From: Candidatus Nanohalarchaeota archaeon | GTDB lineage: Archaea > Nanohalarchaeota > Nanosalinia > Nanosalinales > Nanosalinaceae | Direction of reading: 5' to 3' | Assembly: GCA_022729235.1 (NCBI GenBank) | Contig: JALDAJ010000001.1 | Location: 672,001-736,000, forward strand | DNA: 64,000 bases | Shown here: positions 57,151 to 64,000 of the stretch, in pieces | Numbering within the stretch: position 1 is the stretch's first letter | Layout: each line of letters opens with the position of its first letter | Translations under genes and position numbers: made by a program | The notes under the pieces: generated by a model | The model's input: only the letters and a program-made list of their open reading frames with translations | Databases searched by the model: none | Told to the model about the DNA's origin: nothing

Positions 57151-57528
57151 ATGGCAATCTGGCACAGACGCTCATACATGAAGAAGACTGGTGGAAGTAC
57201 TAGACCTTATAGAAAGTCTCGTAAATACGATCTCGGGTCTGAGTTCTCGGAACCTGAGGTAGGCGAGAAACGTGTAGAGCAGAGACGTGTCCGTGGTGGA
57301 AACCAGAAGAATGTTGTCAGGCGTTCGGAGACTGTGAATCTTGCTGTTGATGGAGAAGTAGAGCAGGTTGAAATCGAGTCTGTGGAAGACAATCCTGCGA
57401 ACCCGAACTATGTGAGACGTTCGCTTTTGACTAAAGGAACGATAGTTGAGACAGAGGAAGGTCGCGCAGAAATTACTTCTAGACCGGGTCAGGACGGAGT
57501 TGTAAATGCGAGACTGACTGACGAATAG
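57151..57528 (+). CDS. rps8e: 30S ribosomal protein S8e
   Basis: KKTGG, RVRGGN, NPANPNYVRR, TSRPGQDGVVNA. Confidence 0.96.
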   Translation: MAIWHRRSYMKKTGGSTRPYRKSRKYDLGSEFSEPEVGEKRVEQRRVRGGNQKNVVRRSETVNLAVDGEVEQVEIESVEDNPANPNYVRRSLLTKGTIVETEEGRAEITSRPGQDGVVNARLTDE

Positions 57529-57681
57529 CCTGTGTTTATATCTTGTCTCGCATTTAGTCAAACGCAAAGCTCGTTGAATAAGGGCTTCTTAGTCAACTGT
57601 GTTGGAATACTGGTTGCTCGAACGGTATCTCGTGAGCCATACAGATTTATACAGTAAATAATAAAGAGAGAGGATAGGTTA

Positions 57682-57804
57682 CTAGCCCTTCACCATTTCA
57701 CGTACCCGGTGGAAGGGTCTGGCTAGTGTGGAAATCACTGAACTCTGTTCGAAGTTGACCGGAATCTGTCGGCCGGCCTCATCCGCAAAATCCGTTGCCA
57801 TCAT
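57682..57804 (-). CDS. Putative 40-aa peptide
   Basis: MMATDFADEAGRQIPVNFEQSSVISTLARPFHRVREMVKG*, preceded by SD-like GGGAGGTGG. Confidence 0.4.
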   Translation of the reverse strand: MMATDFADEAGRQIPVNFEQSSVISTLARPFHRVREMVKG

Positions 57805-57828
57805 GCTGTTTTCCACCTCCCAACCCTT

Positions 57829-58065
57829 TTATACCATTCCCTTTGAGGCGTTTATCCGCCGAATAATAGCGTTAGCAACGCTGTCGACCTCTTTTTCCGC
57901 TATCCTTAGTTCTTCCAGAGCTTCTCGTTCCTTTTTAGGCAGGTAATAGAGGTTGTTCTCGTACTTTGCGAGTTTCATCAACCAGTTATTCGCGATGCGT
58001 GGTTTATAAAGAAACGAATAGTTCTCCGTTAGTTCCGCTATTCCGGTAGAGTGTATTTCCGCCAC
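57829..58065 (-). CDS. Small hypothetical protein downstream of cdc6
   Basis: Overlaps the cdc6 end; start uncertain. Confidence 0.4.
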   Translation of the reverse strand: MAEIHSTGIAELTENYSFLYKPRIANNWLMKLAKYENNLYYLPKKEREALEELRIAEKEVDSVANAIIRRINASKGMV

Positions 58066-59051
58066 CGTCCTTCTCCCTCGGTCTCTATCAGCCTGTAGTG
58101 GTCCATCTTGTTGAGATATTTCCGTAAGGTTCTTTCCACCTTAGGGTCATCAATTTCTTCACTATAGCGTTCGTATAACTCGCCGGGCTGTATCTCACCC
58201 TCATCCTGGATGATGTCGTAAAGAGCTTTCTGGTGCCGGTTGAGCATGTCCAGTGACTTTGACTTGTTCTGTTTCTCCGCCTTGGGTAGTGACTTCTCGA
58301 CTATTCCCTCGGTGATTTCCTCTTTATCACCTGACTCGGCGTCTTCCGCTGCTATCCGTAGAGAGTTGATCGCCACCCTTGCGTCTCCATCCGCCCGGTT
58401 TGCTATCCGGTGAAGAAGTGAGGTGTCGATAACACCATCGTATAACCCCCAGTCCCGCCGATCTTTCAAGATATCAACCAGTTCCTCAGTCGAGTAGGAG
58501 GGAAAGTGTACCTCTCTCGTACCTTCAAGCGAGGAGCGTATTCTATCATCTACATCGTACAGCGCGGTCTCTTTGTTCGCTATCATTATCAGCGCCACAT
58601 TCTCACGTGCGAAGTCGTAGAGAATCCTTTCCTGCTCTATCTGGTCGACCTCGTCCAGGACGACAACCGTCTTTCTCTTAATCGCTTTTTCCCTGAACTT
58701 ATCCACGAGTTCATCGGTAGGGGTGCCGGTCCTGTGTATCAGGTTGACACCGAGGTCCTGCAGCAGGTTGTAGTAGACCTTGAAACGGGAAGGATATCTC
58801 CAGCAGTTGACACTCCCCATCACGACCTCGGAGGAATGTTTCTGCATCTCGTCTATCACGTACTCTGCCATGGTCGTCTTCCCGGTCCCGGGCGGTCCGT
58901 AGAGAAGCATGTTTCTCGGAGAATCGTTCTCAAGTAGCGGCTCTAGGTTCCTCTTGATCTCATGTATCTGGTTATCTCTGTGCACCATCCTCTTCGGGAT
59001 GAATCCTTCCCGGAGTACTCTTGCGTCCTCTATAACCGATCGCCGTCTCAC
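58038..59051 (-). CDS. cdc6: Cdc6/Orc1 replication initiator family protein
   Basis: FIPK..HRD, GPPGTGKT, VNCW, VLDEVD, F..Y..EEL, GDAR, winged-helix C-terminus. Confidence 0.92.
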   Translation of the reverse strand: MRRRSVIEDARVLREGFIPKRMVHRDNQIHEIKRNLEPLLENDSPRNMLLYGPPGTGKTTMAEYVIDEMQKHSSEVVMGSVNCWRYPSRFKVYYNLLQDLGVNLIHRTGTPTDELVDKFREKAIKRKTVVVLDEVDQIEQERILYDFARENVALIMIANKETALYDVDDRIRSSLEGTREVHFPSYSTEELVDILKDRRDWGLYDGVIDTSLLHRIANRADGDARVAINSLRIAAEDAESGDKEEITEGIVEKSLPKAEKQNKSKSLDMLNRHQKALYDIIQDEGEIQPGELYERYSEEIDDPKVERTLRKYLNKMDHYRLIETEGEGRWRKYTLPE

Positions 59052-59225
59052 GGAAACACTATTCTTCCGCTAGTTTAAAAGAAGAATTATGGCGGCGTTC
59101 CGGTAGTTCCGCGACTGGTTACCGCACGAACAGATGTTCGTGCTTTGAGCAGGTCAACTATTACGAGTAGACTGCGACGCTCGGTCGACACGCAATATAA
59201 GACTCCGGCGGGTGCCAAAGAGAGA

Positions 59226-60311
59226 TTAAACATGCCGCAGGTTGAGCTCAAGAATGTCCTCGTCCATAAGTTCGTGGTCGGTTCCGACCTTCTGCTCGGG
59301 GAACTTGGAGCTGTCTCCTGTGACTTTGGCAGCCTTGAACCTGTCTCTCATGTCGCCCGGTAGCTCGTCAAGAGCGTCCCCGACTGTATCACCTTCTCTC
59401 AGTATCAAGGGCTCGTCTCTGTCCGGGTCTTCTCCTTTCTTCTTCATGTAGATGCGGATAAGGCTAAGTCCTTCGAACATCAGGTCCTTGAGTTCGTCGA
59501 GGTTTTCCCCTGTCTCTGCGGATATCAAGAGGTCATGCTCTTCCTTAAACTCTTTTCGTATCCCTGCATCTATCTGGTCGATTTTGTTGACCGCGCTTAT
59601 CATCGGTACGTACTTCCTGTTGTCCATTAGCCCGTCGATAAACCTGTCCAGACCGACTTTTTCTCTGATAACTGCGTTCGCGTTCACGTATCCGCGCTGG
59701 TGCATTATGTCTCGTATTGTCTCCTCGTTGATGTCAAGGTCGACAGTTGACGAGATATTGATTCCGCCCTTTCCTTTCTTCTCGATTTTCATGTCGGGGG
59801 AGGACTTATTCAGTCTGATATCTGCGTTGTAGAGCTCCTGTGTGATTTCTTCGTAGCGCATTTCTTCCGGGTCGAGCAGTATCAGTACGAGGTCGGCGTT
59901 TCTCACGACAGATAATACCTGTGTGCCGTCACCTTTCCCTTCTGCTGCACCTCCTATCAGTCCTGGCACGTCAAGTATCTGGATGTTCGCGCCCTTGTGC
60001 TTCATCATGCCGGGCTCAACGTCGAGCGTCGTAAACTCGTATTCTCCAGTCTCTGACTCTGCGTTCGTCAAGGCGTTTAGAAGAGTGGACTTTCCTACGC
60101 TTGGAAATCCTACGAGAGCGACTGTCGCATCTCCTCTCTTCTTGACCGCGTAACCTGAGGTGTCTCCGGTACCTTTCTGCTTCTGCTGTTTCTCCTCCTT
60201 CAGCTCCGCGATTCTAGCCTTTAATCTGCCGCGTTCAGTCTCCGTGGACTTGTTGACTGGTGTCTCATGGAGTTTCTCTTCCAGTTCCTGTATGCGGTCG
60301 TCTATTCCCAT
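59226..60311 (-). CDS. DRG/Rbg OBG-family GTPase with TGS domain
   Basis: GFPSVGKST, YEFTT, DVPG, NKID. Confidence 0.95.
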   Translation of the reverse strand: MGIDDRIQELEEKLHETPVNKSTETERGRLKARIAELKEEKQQKQKGTGDTSGYAVKKRGDATVALVGFPSVGKSTLLNALTNAESETGEYEFTTLDVEPGMMKHKGANIQILDVPGLIGGAAEGKGDGTQVLSVVRNADLVLILLDPEEMRYEEITQELYNADIRLNKSSPDMKIEKKGKGGINISSTVDLDINEETIRDIMHQRGYVNANAVIREKVGLDRFIDGLMDNRKYVPMISAVNKIDQIDAGIRKEFKEEHDLLISAETGENLDELKDLMFEGLSLIRIYMKKKGEDPDRDEPLILREGDTVGDALDELPGDMRDRFKAAKVTGDSSKFPEQKVGTDHELMDEDILELNLRHV

Positions 60312-60373
60312 CTTTGGATAGAAAAAGCTCTAGGGAAAGTTAAAATAGTTCAGTTTGAGAGAATGCTTTTCCT

Positions 60374-60670
60374 CTACTCGACCATCTCTATGTTACCGTC
60401 CCGGCCGATGTTGAGCTGGATGTCGTCAGCCCATTCCCTGACGTATGCTCCTGTGATCTCGACTTCTGCTCCTTCTTCAATCGCGTCGATTTCTTCCTCC
60501 CAGAGCGTGAGGTCGATTTCTCCAGTGTCGTCTTCAAAGACGCATGTAACGATTTTTTTCTGCCCGTACTGTGTCGAGACAGCACGTGGAGTTGGGAGCT
60601 CCTTGATTGTTCCTGTGATTTCAACGCCGTCGTCTTCAGGACCTAGTTCCTCAACAGTCTTCTCAGTCAT
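60374..60670 (-). CDS. Single OB-fold ssDNA-binding protein (SSB/RPA)
   Basis: DDTGEIDLTLW, ITGAYVREW. Confidence 0.88.
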   Translation of the reverse strand: MTEKTVEELGPEDDGVEITGTIKELPTPRAVSTQYGQKKIVTCVFEDDTGEIDLTLWEEEIDAIEEGAEVEITGAYVREWADDIQLNIGRDGNIEMVE

Positions 60671-60793
60671 GTGTAACCACTGGGTCAGAATAGCCTTACC
60701 ACTTTTAAAAGACTTCCGTTTTTCGAGGGCGAGATAGTGGTTTTGTCTCCAGTTTCCGTGGCTGTTAAAACTCTCAGAGACTTATTCTAGAAC

Positions 60794-61669
60794 ATGAAAC
60801 TACCCTGGAACAACCAGGAAAAACAGGAGAAGATAGAAGAACTGGAGGAAAGTATTGAAGAGCTGGAGGAGGAACGCGACAGGTACGAGAAGCGTTTCGA
60901 GGCGGAGAAGGAGCGCCGATCCGGGCTTGCGAGGAAGAAGCAGGAGGCGGAGGAAGAACTTAACCGTTTGAAGGATAAGGTAGAGAGTTTGAAGGATGCT
61001 AACGGTGAGGAAGAGGATAAAAGAGCTGGTAGGGACATAGCCCGGCTCAGTTTCAGGGAAGGATACCGTCTTCTGGAGAAACTGGATTCTGTCAAGTCTT
61101 CCAGGAGAGACATGGTAACCGTTTTCTCGCCGGGAGAGATCAGCGAGGTCGAGGATCTGAAAGGGTTGAAGAACACGTTGAACCTGGAGCAGGTACAGAG
61201 ACTCCAGGCCACCAGTTCCTTCGTTGCTTTCATGGACCCGGATATGTCTGACCTGGTGCTGAAAACCCTGCCATTCTTAGATGCGAAGTGGACCCTCTCG
61301 GACGGTTTCGAGGTAGAGCCTCTACTGGATTTCATAGACTCTGAAAAAACATGGGTGCTGGTCTCCGCAGGTGAGACAGAGATATACAGGGAACAGTCAG
61401 GGGAGTATGAGGAAGTCGACAGGGTTAAATCCCGCGTTGATCGACAGCACGGGAAAGGCGGTTTCTCACAGGACCGTTTCGAGCGGAAGCGCGAAGGGCA
61501 GATAAAACAACACCTGGGAGAGGTTGAAGAAGCACTGGCGGGTATGGAAAAGGTCTATCTCCTGGGTGACAGAAAACTATGTAAGGAGTTACCGGGCGAG
61601 TATCTTGGTGGGTTCGACCCCAATTCATCGCCACCGGAAGTATTTTACAGTTTCCAAAGGGTCAGGTAA
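60794..61669 (+). CDS. Vms1/aVLRF1-type peptidyl-tRNA release factor
   Basis: N-terminal coiled coil; HGKGGFSQDRFERKR. Confidence 0.88.
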   Translation: MKLPWNNQEKQEKIEELEESIEELEEERDRYEKRFEAEKERRSGLARKKQEAEEELNRLKDKVESLKDANGEEEDKRAGRDIARLSFREGYRLLEKLDSVKSSRRDMVTVFSPGEISEVEDLKGLKNTLNLEQVQRLQATSSFVAFMDPDMSDLVLKTLPFLDAKWTLSDGFEVEPLLDFIDSEKTWVLVSAGETEIYREQSGEYEEVDRVKSRVDRQHGKGGFSQDRFERKREGQIKQHLGEVEEALAGMEKVYLLGDRKLCKELPGEYLGGFDPNSSPPEVFYSFQRVR

Positions 61670-61672
61670 ACC

Positions 61673-62320
61673 ATGGACGACAAGCAGAAGATAAGGGAGA
61701 TGTATGAATGGCTTCTTGACAGGTACGGTGAGCCGGGAGAGCCGTTTGAGATAAACGGTGTCGACTACGTTATAGAAACGATTCTCTCACAGAACACGAA
61801 CGATGTGAACCGGGATAAGGCTTACAGGAACCTCGTGGATAAATACGGTCACGACTACGAGGCTATAGAGAACGCCGATATCAACGAGTTAATTGATACG
61901 ATCCGTATCGCGGGTCTAGGTCCGACAAAGGCTGAAAGGATACAGGGTGCGCTAGAGATTATCCGTGAAGATACGGGTGGCGAGTACAGCATCGAGTTCT
62001 TAGAGGATAAGAGTGTTGAAGATGCAAAGGCGTGGTTGACTGATATACCTGGTATCGGTCCGAAGACAGCCTCGGTGATACTCTGCTTCCATTTCCGGAT
62101 GCCGACCTTCCCTGTCGACACGCATGTCCATCGCCTGTGTAAAAGGTACGGTCTGGTCCCGGAAAACGCTTCGCGGAAAAAGACGCATGAGATTATGGAA
62201 GAAAAGGTTCCTGATGACATCAAGTATCCGTTCCACCGGCTGCTTATCGAGCACGGACGGGCAGAATGTACTGCTAGAAAGGATAACTGTGAATGTGAGT
62301 TATGTGAACGGTACGGTTAA
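61673..62320 (+). CDS. nth: Endonuclease III / HhH-GPD glycosylase
   Basis: ILSQNT, PGIGPKTA, VDTH. Confidence 0.9.
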   Translation: MDDKQKIREMYEWLLDRYGEPGEPFEINGVDYVIETILSQNTNDVNRDKAYRNLVDKYGHDYEAIENADINELIDTIRIAGLGPTKAERIQGALEIIREDTGGEYSIEFLEDKSVEDAKAWLTDIPGIGPKTASVILCFHFRMPTFPVDTHVHRLCKRYGLVPENASRKKTHEIMEEKVPDDIKYPFHRLLIEHGRAECTARKDNCECELCERYG

Positions 62321-62364
62321 GGCCTCCGCCATGAATTTAAGTTTTGCAAATCTATTGTAGGCAT

Positions 62365-62661
62365 ATGGTAGATTGGCCTGGTAAAGACGAACTAGTTGAG
62401 ACTATGTCCGATATCCCGAGAGCAGCATCGGAAAACGTTGAATACTACAAAGAAAACATAGACTCTCTTCAAGAAAATTATCCCGGAGAGTGGATAGCCA
62501 TCATCGACGGTGGAGATGGGGTAGAGGTTCTTGAAGGCGCGGCTGATACAGATATATCTGTAGATCAAGTAAGTTCAGAGATAGAAGCTGTAAGGGAAGA
62601 ATACGGACAAGAAGCTTACTTCGGATTTGTTCCTGACCCGGAGACCATATACATTCTTTAG
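62365..62661 (+). CDS. DUF5678-like small protein
   Basis: ENYPGEWIAIIDG. Confidence 0.65.
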   Translation: MVDWPGKDELVETMSDIPRAASENVEYYKENIDSLQENYPGEWIAIIDGGDGVEVLEGAADTDISVDQVSSEIEAVREEYGQEAYFGFVPDPETIYIL

Positions 62662-62689
62662 TAAAAGAAAAATATTGGCGGGAGCGAAA

Positions 62690-62923
62690 TCACTCCTCGT
62701 TGTCTTCTAGTTCGTCTGTCAGGTCTTCAGCTGCTCCTTGTGCTGCCTGTTGCTGTTGCTGCATCTCTTCTACGATTTCTTGCGCCTTCTCGTTGATTGT
62801 GTCCTGGTCAATCATGTCTTCTTCTTCGAGTACGGCTAGAAGAGCGTGTACCGTCAGTTCCAGGTTGCCGAGTTTCTGCTGGAACATCTGCATGACCTGC
62901 TGAGAATTCATCTGGTCGTTCAT
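62690..62923 (-). CDS. Small hypothetical protein
   Basis: SD-like AGGTG upstream; Gln-rich. Confidence 0.7.
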   Translation of the reverse strand: MNDQMNSQQVMQMFQQKLGNLELTVHALLAVLEEEDMIDQDTINEKAQEIVEEMQQQQQAAQGAAEDLTDELEDNEE

Positions 62924-63020
62924 TGTGTAAACACCTTGAAAGAGTGCAACAGGTGTTTAACCTGCCACCTCTACACCTGTCCAAGGGTATGGGCAGTAAC
63001 TCTTTTAAGGGGGCTGGATT

Positions 63021-63632
63021 TTATTCTTCCGGATCAGGGTTTACATCGGGTTCGAGGATGTTGTTTGTGAAGATTTTCAGGTGTTCCTCTGCGTCCTGGA
63101 GGAAGTTTTCCAGTATACGTGATGATTCGTCGATGTTGTCTGTAACGTCCCCGGATACTATTCCAACCAGGTCGGTGGATTTGTATAGCGGATCAGTCAT
63201 GTCTTTTCCACGGAGGGATAGGTCGGGCGGGGCTGAGTCTACGAGCAGTATATTGACTTCAGGGTGTTCTCTGCGGTATATGTCCTGGAACTCGCTTATG
63301 TAGTCGTTGACGTATACCTGGTCAAGTATTTTTTCTTGTTTAGATTTGGAGAAGAGACCTCCGGGAGGAATGTTTTCTGCACATATAGTTTCGCGGGCGA
63401 TGGCTGTTCCGGGAATAGTTGCAGGCGCCAGGGCAAGGGCGGTTTCGTTAGTCATTATAGGGAGGTTAAGATTGTAGAAGTAACCCTTGCTACAGGGTAT
63501 CTCATGTACCTCCGGACTGTAGTCTTCCAGGTGGGCTCCTGTCTGTTCTGCGACGGTTACATCATATTTTTGACCCTTGTCGTACTCGAGAAAGTAAAAT
63601 CTTTTCCGGTCAGATAATCCTACATCTACCAC
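63021..63632 (-). CDS. Hypothetical protein
   Basis: 203-aa acidic ORF. Confidence 0.55.
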   Translation of the reverse strand: MVDVGLSDRKRFYFLEYDKGQKYDVTVAEQTGAHLEDYSPEVHEIPCSKGYFYNLNLPIMTNETALALAPATIPGTAIARETICAENIPPGGLFSKSKQEKILDQVYVNDYISEFQDIYRREHPEVNILLVDSAPPDLSLRGKDMTDPLYKSTDLVGIVSGDVTDNIDESSRILENFLQDAEEHLKIFTNNILEPDVNPDPEE

Positions 63633-63793
63633 TGAAATCCCCTCTTGAGAGTTGGAGGGTCGAGTGCATATCAGCTTATTTTCAGAACAACAGGTGTATT
63701 TGAGCGATTACAAGTCTTTAAATGGATTAGAAAGCGGGAACACTGTTTCTAGAATCCTGCACTCGCTATAGTAGACTCAAGAGATTTTTCTGC

Positions 63794-64000
63794 CTAGCCT
63801 TCCAGTGGCGTCCGGGCGCCACATGCCTGGCACTTCATAATCTCCACGCCTTTCTCCTTGACTATTTCGGTATCAGGGCGTTCACATTTCGGACAGAAAA
63901 CGTACTCATCCGCGTACTGCTGGACTTTCGCCTGTACGCTCCCGCGCCGGAATTCGCCGTTCAGCACCAGGTCTCCGCCGTCAACATGTCCTGCTGTACC
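63794..64000 (-). CDS. Translation initiation factor aIF2-beta, C-terminal part
   Basis: Manual translation GTAGHVDGGDLVLNGEF...YVFCPKCERPDT...KCQACGA. Confidence 0.93.
   Translation of the reverse strand, partial: GTAGHVDGGDLVLNGEFRRGSVQAKVQQYADEYVFCPKCERPDTEIVKEKGVEIMKCQACGARTPLEG

Noticed and set aside
57545-57600. Degenerate AAGCTC..GGGCTTCT-TAGTCAA hairpin after rps8e
   Set aside because: It resembles the hairpin family but is too imperfect to count as a member.

Overview
Compact archaeal chromosome segment with a strongly acidic (Asp/Glu-rich) proteome, short intergenic spacers and many apparently leaderless genes. This is most consistent with a Nanohaloarchaeota (DPANN) genome, which is an inference from gene style. 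Housekeeping genes include hef, cysS, ileS, thiI, ttuA, htpX, copA, oapABC, rpl37e, Sm, rps8e, cdc6/orc1, DRG GTPase, SSB, aVLRF1, endonuclease III and aIF2-beta. RNA genes are the SRP RNA, a stand-alone 5S rRNA and six tRNAs (Cys, Ser, Tyr, Thr, Ile, Lys), three of which carry long structured introns. The most striking unexplained signal is a family of at least 13 short hairpins with unrelated stems, most closed by the same asymmetric end (5'-CG-stem-loop-stem-CT-3', often CGAA...TTCT). They occur inside tRNA introns, between roughly 70-bp-period duplications of tRNA ends, and between duplications of a protein-gene start, suggesting an undescribed hairpin-insertion/duplication system. Other notable items are an SRP RNA lacking helix 6 with a non-GNRA helix-8 loop, an uncalled 25-aa Cys-rich metallothionein-like ORF next to tRNA-Cys, a tandem NUDIX cluster, and a short palindrome array upstream of hef. 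All calls were made by eye from motifs; no database searches were run.
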